A stretch of DNA of 62,060 nt from Acidimicrobiales bacterium (GTDB taxonomy: Bacteria; Actinomycetota; Acidimicrobiia; Acidimicrobiales; RAAP-2), in the NCBI GenBank assembly GCA_049511155.1, contig JBEKYI010000001.1, forward strand, positions 1-62,060, in the 5' to 3' direction. Positions 9,568 through 17,818 of the stretch are shown piece after piece. The position numbers were made by a program, and so were the translations under genes. Numbering within the stretch: position 1 is the first letter of the stretch; each line of letters starts with the position of its first letter. The notes under the pieces are model-generated. The model made no database searches, had not been told where the DNA came from, and saw only the letters and a list, made by a program, of their open reading frames with translations.

Positions 9568-11931
9568 CTACAGCGACGTCTGTTCGTCGTACTCTTCAGG
9601 CGAGACGAGGACTTTGCGGGCCTTGGAACCGTCACCGGGGGCGACGACTCCTTCTATTTCCAGTTGATCCATGATGCGCCCGGCGCGAGCGAAACCCACG
9701 CGCAACTTACGCTGAAGCATCGAGGTCGACCCCGACTGCGTACGGATAACGATCTCGCGGGCCTGTCGAAGGATCTCGTCGTCGTCGTCGCTCGAACCAG
9801 AGCCCGAACCACCTCGCGACGCCGGGACGTCGAGGGCGACGACAGACTCACGACGACCGCCTTGGCGACGCCACGCTTCGACGACGCGGCGCACCTCTTC
9901 TTCGGAGACCCACGGCGATTGAAGACGCCGAGCGATATTGCTCGACGCGGTGACAAGCAGCATGTCCCCCTTGCCGATGAGCCGCTCGGCCCCGGCCTGA
10001 TCCAAGATGACGCGGCTGTCGGCGAGCGAGGACACGGCAAAAGCCATGCGGCTGGGAATGTTGGCCTTGATGACCCCGGTAATCACGTCCACGCTCGGAC
10101 GCTGGGTGGCGAGCACCAAGTGGATGCCCACCGCGCGCGCCATCTGGGCGATGCGTACAACCGACTCTTCCACATCGCGCGCCGCCACCATCATGAGGTC
10201 GTTGAGCTCGTCCACGAGGATCACGATGTAGGGCAACTCCTCGGGACCCATCGGCGCCGCCTCGGAGGGCAGGCCCGTCGCGCGCTCAAAGGCGTCGGCC
10301 ACCAACTCGCGTGAACTGGGCTCCACCTCTATCTCGCCGCGGGCCAGCATCTGTTGGTAGCTGGTGATGTCGCGAACGCCGCACTCGGCGAGCAGATCGT
10401 AGCGTCGCTCCATCTCCTTCACGGCCCAGTGCAGGGCGCCGGCCGCCTTCTTGGGGTCCACCACGACCGGAGAGAGCAGGTGCGGCAAGTCGTTGTAGTG
10501 GCTCATCTCGACGCGCTTGGGATCGATCAACAAGAGCCGCAACTGATCGGGCGTGGCGCGCATGACGAGACTGGTGATCAGAGAGTTCATCGCGGAGCTT
10601 TTGCCCGCTCCGGTGGCGCCGGAGATCAGGACGTGGGGCATCTCGCCGAGGTTCACGATGACGGTGCGCCCAGCGATGTCGCGCCCGAGCGGAACATCGA
10701 GAGGATGAGTGGCCGCCGCCGCCTCGTCCGACGACAGCAGATCACCCAGGGCAACTAGCGAACGTTGGCGATTGGGCACCTCGACGCCGATCGCGGATCG
10801 CCCAGGAATCGGAGCCAAGATGCGCACGTCGGGTGAGGCCATGGCGTAGGCGATGTCCTTGTTCAGGGACGTCACGCGCGACACCTTGACTCCGGGTCCG
10901 AGCTCCAGTTCGAATCGGGTGACCGTGGGTCCCACGGTGTAGCCCACCAGGACCGTTTCCACTCCGTGGGCGGCCAGGGCGTCGACCAGTTCTTCGCCGG
11001 CCGCGTCGGTCAATCCACGATCGAGCCGCTGGTCGCGCGTACGCCCTAAGAGCGAGAGTGGCGGGAGTTCCCACTCACTGGGCGGGCTGACGTAGAGCAC
11101 CCGTTCGCTCTGGGTCTCTTCTTCGAAGTCCTCGGCCTCTTCGTCGTCTTCGTATTCTTCGTCGTCTTCGTCTTCTTCCTCGTACTCCTCTTCAGCCTCG
11201 TCCTCGACGTCGGTTTCGTCGTACTCGAAGACCGGTTCGGGTTCGTACTCTCGGGGGCGCACGCGCGCTCGCGAGATGGGAATGATCTCGTCATCGGTGG
11301 CGGACTCTTCCTCACGACGTGGATGCACCATCCACCAGCGCGCGAGCAGTCGACCGGTCGCCGCCAAGCCTGTTCCGATTCCGACCAACAGACCGCGCAG
11401 TCCCACACCCGTGACGACGATGACGGCTACGACGAAGAGTGCGATGAGCACGATCGTCGAGCCGGCAACGCCGATCCAACTCGCGAGTGCTCCTCCGGTT
11501 CCTACCCCGAGCCAGCCGCCCGACAGGGCGAGCGCGTGGGTCGTCGCGTGAATGCCGGGTTTGCCTCCCGCGAGGTCGGCCAAACCACAGACCGTCACGA
11601 GGGCAAAGACCCCGCCCCACACCGCGCGGGTCTGGTCAAACTCGACCTTGCCCGACACCAATACCACCCCGAGCACCAACAAGATGATCGCCAGGCCAAA
11701 GCGTCCAACGCCCAGCGCGTCGGACAGGCCGCGTGAGATCTGGTGACCCACCGGTCCCAGGGCGTGAACATCGGCCAGGCCGACAAAGAGACCCACCACG
11801 AAGAGGGCCACAATCGAGAAGTCGCGCTCGTGGCGCTGCCAGAGGTTGGGTTCGGCCACGCTCTTCGCGCGAGCGCGAGGTGCCGTCTTTTTTACCGGCG
11901 ATTTTTGGTGCCGCGCTCCTGCCACAACCAT
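9568..11931 (-). CDS. ftsK: DNA translocase FtsK
   Basis: N-terminal TM domain, acidic linker, GATGAGKS Walker A, LIDPKRVE, VDELNDLM, LATQRPSVDV, gamma domain STSMLQRKLRVGFARAGR. Confidence 0.96.
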   Translation of the reverse strand: MVVAGARHQKSPVKKTAPRARAKSVAEPNLWQRHERDFSIVALFVVGLFVGLADVHALGPVGHQISRGLSDALGVGRFGLAIILLVLGVVLVSGKVEFDQTRAVWGGVFALVTVCGLADLAGGKPGIHATTHALALSGGWLGVGTGGALASWIGVAGSTIVLIALFVVAVIVVTGVGLRGLLVGIGTGLAATGRLLARWWMVHPRREEESATDDEIIPISRARVRPREYEPEPVFEYDETDVEDEAEEEYEEEDEDDEEYEDDEEAEDFEEETQSERVLYVSPPSEWELPPLSLLGRTRDQRLDRGLTDAAGEELVDALAAHGVETVLVGYTVGPTVTRFELELGPGVKVSRVTSLNKDIAYAMASPDVRILAPIPGRSAIGVEVPNRQRSLVALGDLLSSDEAAAATHPLDVPLGRDIAGRTVIVNLGEMPHVLISGATGAGKSSAMNSLITSLVMRATPDQLRLLLIDPKRVEMSHYNDLPHLLSPVVVDPKKAAGALHWAVKEMERRYDLLAECGVRDITSYQQMLARGEIEVEPSSRELVADAFERATGLPSEAAPMGPEELPYIVILVDELNDLMMVAARDVEESVVRIAQMARAVGIHLVLATQRPSVDVITGVIKANIPSRMAFAVSSLADSRVILDQAGAERLIGKGDMLLVTASSNIARRLQSPWVSEEEVRRVVEAWRRQGGRRESVVALDVPASRGGSGSGSSDDDDEILRQAREIVIRTQSGSTSMLQRKLRVGFARAGRIMDQLEIEGVVAPGDGSKARKVLVSPEEYDEQTSL

Positions 11932-11993
11932 CTAACTTACTAACGACCTGTTCGTTTCTTGAACCACTCGACGGACGTTCGAAAGGGGCCAGC

Positions 11994-13655
11994 GTGATCA
12001 GGCGGTCTCAACCACGTCTGGCCGTGTCTCCGGAAGTGCGCTTGTCGCTGCGCGCAGCATTTTGCATCAGCGCTCCTTTAATTGTCGGGCTCATCATTCA
12101 TCAGCGCCTGTACGCCATCGTGGCCGGAATCGGCGCGCTCTGGGCGGTGAGTCAAGATGGGCTCGACTCGTGGCGAATACGCCGTCCTCGTTTGTTGTGG
12201 GTGGCGGGTGCGGGCGGTGCCGGCGTCGGACTTGGATCGGCGTACGTCGATCACTTCTCCTCGTCCCCATCACTCGTTCTCCTCGTGGCTCTGGTCGCTC
12301 TCGTCGCGGGTTTCACGGAAGCGTCCAATCACGCCACGGCCGGCGCGTACTTTCTCATCGGCACGGTCATGGGCGTGGGCCTTCAGTTCAAGGGCGTCGA
12401 GTGGCAGTCGACCCTCGCGATCGTGACGGGCGCCCTGTGGGTCTACCTGGTGGCTGCTCTCATGAACCGCGTCTTCTATTTGGAGAATCAAAGAGTCACT
12501 TTGGCCGGCGCCTTCAACGCCCTCGCCGCCAACGTGGACGCGGTCGGCACCGCGACGTTCCACGCGAATCGTGCGCGCACGCTCGCCGCGGTCGATCACG
12601 CCCAGGACGTGATCGGAGCCATCAATCCTGACACGACGAACGCCGAAGAGCGCGCGCCCTACCGATGCCTAATCGTCGCCTTGCGATCCGGTGAGGCCAT
12701 CTCGTACTTCGAAGGTAAACATCTCGCCATCAGTCCTTCGGTGGCTCCGGCTCTGCGCACGGTGGCCCACACTCTGTTGAGCGACAGTGCCACAGCCGCC
12801 CTCGAGCAGCTCACGTTGGTACGTGACAGCTTTCTTTCGTCGAGAGAACTTCCCCATGCCGCGGCCAACGCCCTGCGCGTCGACCTGACGATCGCAGCGC
12901 CCCACCCGGTCATGCGCTTTGCGAGCACGCCACTTCTTCCGGTACGCGAGCGACTTCGCTTTGCGGTCATCGTCGCCTGCGCCGTGACCGTCGCCATGAT
13001 CATCTCGCGCGTCCTCAACGGCCCTCACGGCTTCTGGCTGCCCTTGGCGGTCGCCTTCATTCTGCGCCCCGACGTGGGTCCAGTCATCACGCGCGCCCTC
13101 GCGCGCACCCTCGGTACCGCGCTCGGCACCGGGATCGCGGCTCTGGTCGCGCTGTCGGGCAACACCGAGATCGAACTCATCGTCTTGTCGTGTGTGATGG
13201 CCTCGATCCAGCCGTGGGCGCAGCGTCGCTCGCACGCGCTGGCCGTAATGACCTTCACGCCCATCGTCTTTGTGTTTTTGGGGCTGATCGGCGAGAGGGG
13301 AAATCTCTTCGGCGTGCGCATCCTCGACACGGCTCTCGGTGCGGTCATCGTCCTTCTCGTCGACGTCCTGTTGTGGACGACGGCGCCCTCGCTGCGACCC
13401 CGCCAGCAGTTGGACGACGCACGGGCCGCCGCCGCGCGCTACGGCGCGTCGCCCGCCGACGATCCGATCCGGCGAAACCAACTGCGACGCGCCGCGTTGC
13501 GGGCCGTCGCGCGAGCTCGAGTCTCGATCTCCAACGCCCGCAGCGAGCCGCGACTTCTCGGGCGCTACGACCCGGGTAACCTCGCTCAACTCGACGCGGT
13601 GGAACGCTCCATCGACCACTACACGGTCACGTTGCTCGAACGCCCCTCCGACTAG
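11994..13655 (+). CDS. FUSC/YccS-family inner membrane protein
   Basis: Two hydrophobic blocks, HGFWLPLAVAFILRP, RALARTLGTALG, RILDTALG. GTG start after AAAGGGG. Confidence 0.8.
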   Translation: MIRRSQPRLAVSPEVRLSLRAAFCISAPLIVGLIIHQRLYAIVAGIGALWAVSQDGLDSWRIRRPRLLWVAGAGGAGVGLGSAYVDHFSSSPSLVLLVALVALVAGFTEASNHATAGAYFLIGTVMGVGLQFKGVEWQSTLAIVTGALWVYLVAALMNRVFYLENQRVTLAGAFNALAANVDAVGTATFHANRARTLAAVDHAQDVIGAINPDTTNAEERAPYRCLIVALRSGEAISYFEGKHLAISPSVAPALRTVAHTLLSDSATAALEQLTLVRDSFLSSRELPHAAANALRVDLTIAAPHPVMRFASTPLLPVRERLRFAVIVACAVTVAMIISRVLNGPHGFWLPLAVAFILRPDVGPVITRALARTLGTALGTGIAALVALSGNTEIELIVLSCVMASIQPWAQRRSHALAVMTFTPIVFVFLGLIGERGNLFGVRILDTALGAVIVLLVDVLLWTTAPSLRPRQQLDDARAAAARYGASPADDPIRRNQLRRAALRAVARARVSISNARSEPRLLGRYDPGNLAQLDAVERSIDHYTVTLLERPSD

Positions 13656-13688
13656 CCCTTCGTCGGCGGCGCCCTAGGATCTAGCGTC

Positions 13689-14456
13689 GTGACGACTGAA
13701 CCCGACCCCTCAACCCTGCGTCTCGCCGAGCGCACGGGATCAACTGCGGCGCGCTGCCGAGTGGTGGGGACTCAACGCCTCAGTACCTCGGTTGTAGCCA
13801 TCACGCTCGGTGGGCCGGCCGAGACATTGGCGGGTGTCCCGGGCAACGACGTGATGATTCGCCTCCAGGACGCGAACGGACGCCTCGTGAGTCGCCGCTA
13901 CAGCGTGCGTTCGGTCGACCCCGCGAGCGACGAACTCACCTTGTGGGTGACCACGGACCACGTGGGGCCGGGCAGCATCTGGGTCGAGAATGCTCAGCCG
14001 GGCGACGAGATCGACCTGATCGGACCCCGCGGCAAGATTCCCCTCGATCCGGTTGCCGACTGGCATCTGTTCATCGGCGACGTCAGTGCACTCGCTGCTT
14101 CGTATCGCATGGCCGAAAGCATCGCAGTGCCCGGACGCGCCATCTTCATCATCGAGATCGACGCGCCCGATGACGCACTTCCCGCAACCTTCGATGAAGG
14201 ACTCGGGGTGACGGGGATCTTTGTCGAGCGACGCGGTCGCGAACTCAATGATCCCGCGGGACTCTTTGGCGGCCTGGCGGCCTTCGAACTCCCGCCGGAC
14301 CTCGGTCACGCGTATCTCTTTGGCGAGTTCCACGTGATGCGCGCGATGCTGACGGCGATGCTGGACCGCGGACTTGCAACCGAGCAGATCAGCCACAAGC
14401 CCTACTGGCGCTACGGGCTGAGTAACGCCGAACACGGCGAGCCCGACAAGTCCTAG
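13689..14456 (+). CDS. Siderophore-interacting protein (FAD-binding, ViuB/YqjH-like)
   Basis: RRYSVR, HVGPGSIW, GPRGK, IGDVSAL, GEF, and C-terminal PYWR motifs. Confidence 0.85.
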   Translation: MTTEPDPSTLRLAERTGSTAARCRVVGTQRLSTSVVAITLGGPAETLAGVPGNDVMIRLQDANGRLVSRRYSVRSVDPASDELTLWVTTDHVGPGSIWVENAQPGDEIDLIGPRGKIPLDPVADWHLFIGDVSALAASYRMAESIAVPGRAIFIIEIDAPDDALPATFDEGLGVTGIFVERRGRELNDPAGLFGGLAAFELPPDLGHAYLFGEFHVMRAMLTAMLDRGLATEQISHKPYWRYGLSNAEHGEPDKS

Positions 14457-14461
14457 TCGTT

Positions 14462-16120
14462 CTACAGGACGATCACGGCTGGCAAGATGACCGGCTGTCG
14501 GCGATATCGCTGGCCCAAAAGTCGCCCGGCGCTGCGCTGGGCCACCTTGGAGAGAGACTCGCCGTCGAAGTTTCCCTCGGCGATCGCCTCTTCGATGGCC
14601 GCGCGCACCGAACTCGTCACGTGCAAGATCAGATCGGCGTCGCCCGCGCCTTCAAACCAGCCGCGCGCCGACACCGTCACGGGCTGAGCAATCTTGCCGA
14701 GATCTCGGTCAACCCCGGCCGAGATCAACAGCACGCCGTACTCGGCGAGCATGCGCCGCTCCTCGAGGGGACGCTCATCTAAGTCGCCCGCGCTGCCGTC
14801 GATGTAGTGAAAGCCCGCCGGGACCTGGCCGGTGCGCCGGATTCCCTTGGCCGTCACGTCGACCTGGTCCCCGTCTTCGCAGATCAAGACGTGACGCGAG
14901 GTGAGTCCCATGGAGTGGGCCAGATCGGCGTGGTGGACCATGTGGCGATACTCACCGTGCACCGGGATGAAGTTCTGGGGTCGAAGGATCTGCTGAAACG
15001 TGCGCAGTTCGCCTTGACGCGCGTGTCCCGAGGCGTGCACCGGCTCTCGGCTCGAGTCGATCACCTCGGTGCCTTCGCGATTGAGGTCGTCGATCACCCG
15101 ACCGACCGACCACTCGTTACCGGGTATCGGGTGTGAACTCAAGATGATCGTGTCGTCGGCGCCGACTTTGAAGTTGCGCGCGTCGCCACGAGACAGCTTG
15201 GAGAGCACCGCCAACGGCTCGCCCTGACTGCCGGTGCACACGATGCAGACCTCGCCGGGGGAAAAGCGGCTGACGTTTTCCACGTCGATGATGTCCGCCG
15301 GATCGACGCGCAGCATGTGCAACTTGCGCGCCAGCTTGACGTTGGCCTCCATCGAGCGACCCATGAAGGCAATCTTGCGACCGGTGCCGTGGGCGATATC
15401 GGCGATCTGCTGAATGCGGTGGATGTGACTGGCGAAGCACGCCACCACCATGCGCCGAGTCGGCCGCTCCAAAAAGAGCCGGCGCAGGGCCACCCCGACG
15501 CTGCTCTCCGAGGGCGTGAACCCGGGCTCTTCGGCGTTGGTGGAGTCCGCGAGCAGCAACGTCACTCCTTCATCGCCGAGGGCCGCGAGACGATTGAGGT
15601 CGGTGCGCCGCCCGTCGACTGGCGTGAGGTCCAGCTTGAAGTCCCCCGAGTGGACGATCGCTCCGACCTTGGTGTGGAAGGCCAACGCGTAGGCACTCGG
15701 CACCGAGTGGGTCACGGGTATGAACTCGACCTCAAAGGGACCGATTCGCCGACGCTCACCATCGGTGACCTCGATGAACGAGAGGTCCTGGGCGACTTTG
15801 GCCTCGGTCAGGCGGTGTCGCGCGAAGCCCAACGTCAGAGCGGAGCCATAGATAGGGACGTTGACGTCCTTGACCAGGTAGCGCAGGGCACCGGTGTGGT
15901 CTTCGTGGCCATGCGTGAGCACGATCGCATCGACGCGATCCTTGCGCTCGATCAGCCAACGAAAGTCCGGCAGGATGATGTCGACGCCGTACATCGTGGG
16001 TTCGGGAAACATGAGTCCGACGTCGACGACCACGATGCGACCGTCCTGTTCGATCGCCGCACAGTTTCGTCCGATCTCACCCAAACCACCGAGGAACGTA
16101 ACGCGAACCGAGTCAGGCAC
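14462..16120 (-). CDS. rnj: Ribonuclease J
   Basis: LGGLGEIGRN, THGHEDH, HSGDFK, DSTNA, FASHIHR, TGSQGEP, HASGH, PVHGEYRH. Confidence 0.96.
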   Translation of the reverse strand: MPDSVRVTFLGGLGEIGRNCAAIEQDGRIVVVDVGLMFPEPTMYGVDIILPDFRWLIERKDRVDAIVLTHGHEDHTGALRYLVKDVNVPIYGSALTLGFARHRLTEAKVAQDLSFIEVTDGERRRIGPFEVEFIPVTHSVPSAYALAFHTKVGAIVHSGDFKLDLTPVDGRRTDLNRLAALGDEGVTLLLADSTNAEEPGFTPSESSVGVALRRLFLERPTRRMVVACFASHIHRIQQIADIAHGTGRKIAFMGRSMEANVKLARKLHMLRVDPADIIDVENVSRFSPGEVCIVCTGSQGEPLAVLSKLSRGDARNFKVGADDTIILSSHPIPGNEWSVGRVIDDLNREGTEVIDSSREPVHASGHARQGELRTFQQILRPQNFIPVHGEYRHMVHHADLAHSMGLTSRHVLICEDGDQVDVTAKGIRRTGQVPAGFHYIDGSAGDLDERPLEERRMLAEYGVLLISAGVDRDLGKIAQPVTVSARGWFEGAGDADLILHVTSSVRAAIEEAIAEGNFDGESLSKVAQRSAGRLLGQRYRRQPVILPAVIVL

Positions 16121-17009
16121 GGGTGCTCGTTAGCGCCGCGACGACCTGGGACGCCCGGGCGTCCAGATCCGCGTCGCTGGGTCCGTGCGGGAGTCGGCAC
16201 TCCCCCACGGCGATCCCCAGGGCCCGCAGCGCGGCCTTCGAGGGCATCGGATTGGGATACGCGTCGGAGGTCTCGAAGAGAAAGCTCTCGCGCGCTCGCT
16301 CGTTGTAGCGCCATGCTTCGTCCCAGTCGCCACGCACGGCGGCGTGCACGATGCCCGCGACCTCGGGTCCGGCCCAGTGGGCTGCGACCGAGACGATGCC
16401 CACCGCGCCGACGCCCAGAAAGGCGAGCAGCATCGAGTCGTCGCCGCTGTAGAGGTCGAGTTCGTCCCCCAGGACCGACTTGGTGTGTGCAGCCTGGGCG
16501 GTATCGCCTGAGGCGTCCTTCATCGCGACGATGTTCTTGTGAGAGCGAACCAGATCGATCGTGGTCGCCGACTCGATCTTTCGCCCGGTGCGCCCGGGAA
16601 TGTCGTAGAGCATCACGTCAAGGGGCGTGCTCTCGGCGATCGCGCCGAGGTGACCGGCGATTCCCGCCTGGTTCGGTCGCGCGTAGGCCGGCGTGGTCGC
16701 GAGCACCCCGGCGACGCCGGTCGCCTTGACCTGGGTCGTGAGCGCGACGGACTGCTGGGTGTTGGCGAATGTACTGCCCGCGAGCACGGGCACGCTGACG
16801 GCTTCGGCCACGCAGGCAAAGAGGTCGAGTTTTTCGTCGTCGCTCAACGACGAGCCTTCGCCCGTGGACCCACCGACCACGAGTCCCTCGCTGCCTTGAC
16901 TCACGAGGAACTTGGCCAGTTGCGCGGCGACGTCCAGATTGAGCGATCCGTCGGGGTGAAAGGGCGTCACCATCGCAGTGAGAACGCGTCCAAAACGAGG
17001 CTCACTCAT
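16113..17009 (-). CDS. dapA: 4-hydroxy-tetrahydrodipicolinate synthase
   Basis: TAMVTPF, GSTGE, YDIPGRT, MKDAS (Schiff-base Lys), YSGDD; adjacent to dapB. Confidence 0.93.
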   Translation of the reverse strand: MSEPRFGRVLTAMVTPFHPDGSLNLDVAAQLAKFLVSQGSEGLVVGGSTGEGSSLSDDEKLDLFACVAEAVSVPVLAGSTFANTQQSVALTTQVKATGVAGVLATTPAYARPNQAGIAGHLGAIAESTPLDVMLYDIPGRTGRKIESATTIDLVRSHKNIVAMKDASGDTAQAAHTKSVLGDELDLYSGDDSMLLAFLGVGAVGIVSVAAHWAGPEVAGIVHAAVRGDWDEAWRYNERARESFLFETSDAYPNPMPSKAALRALGIAVGECRLPHGPSDADLDARASQVVAALTSTRA

Positions 17010-17047
17010 AGTACGAAGTTACCAGTCGGTCTGGCGCCCGCGAGCCC

Positions 17048-17818
17048 CTAGGCCAGGAGCCCTGAGATGCCATCGATCAGTCCGGGCGTCCTCGAGACGG
17101 TGTCGAGCGCGAGCGCAACTCCGTGGACGAAACTCTGACGATCGAAGGAGTCGTGGCGAATGGTCAGGCCCTCGCCGGGCGAGCCGAAGAGCACTTCTTG
17201 ATGAGCGACGAGCCCGGGCAGGCGCACCGAGTGAATGACGACGCCGTCTTCTGCGCGCGCGCCGCGCGCGCCGTCGATCGTGAATCGCGACGTCGGCTCC
17301 ACTAAGGAATCTGCCCCGGCCGCGCGTCGCGCGCCAGCAATGGCGCGCGCGGTGGTGATCGACGTCCCCGAGGGGGCGTCCACCTTCTTATCGTGGTGCA
17401 GTTCGATGATCTCGACGCGATCGAAGTACGGTGCCGCCATGGCGGCGAATCGCTCGGCCAGCACGGCCCCCACCGAGAAGTTGGAGGCCACCACCACGCC
17501 GACGCGCGCTGCGGCGTCCTCCAGGCGGCGACGCTCGTCGGTGCCGAGACCCGTGGCGCCCACGACGAGAGGTACGGAGTGCTCCGCGCACCACTGGGCG
17601 GAGTGCGAGACGCCCTCGGGCGAGGAAAAATCGACCACGGCGTCGATACCGTTGGCCTCAAGATCCTCGAGTGAGGTGACCCAACGAGAACCGAAGAGCT
17701 CACGTGGCTCGTGCTCATCTACGAGTGCACCGAGTGAGAATCGACCTGTCGCGAGTAACCCCTCTGCGAGCGCCTGGCCCATGCGACCCGCACCGCCCAC
17801 GATCGCCAGAGTCTTCAT
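17048..17818 (-). CDS. dapB: 4-hydroxy-tetrahydrodipicolinate reductase
   Basis: GAGRMG, VDFS, NFSVG, ELHHDKKVDAPSGT, HSVRLPG, RHDSFDR. Confidence 0.95.
   Translation of the reverse strand: MKTLAIVGGAGRMGQALAEGLLATGRFSLGALVDEHEPRELFGSRWVTSLEDLEANGIDAVVDFSSPEGVSHSAQWCAEHSVPLVVGATGLGTDERRRLEDAAARVGVVVASNFSVGAVLAERFAAMAAPYFDRVEIIELHHDKKVDAPSGTSITTARAIAGARRAAGADSLVEPTSRFTIDGARGARAEDGVVIHSVRLPGLVAHQEVLFGSPGEGLTIRHDSFDRQSFVHGVALALDTVSRTPGLIDGISGLLA

Noticed and set aside
11110-11250. Low-complexity (tc-rich) repeat-like tract
   Set aside because: It encodes the Asp/Glu-rich FtsK linker and is not a DNA repeat element or array.
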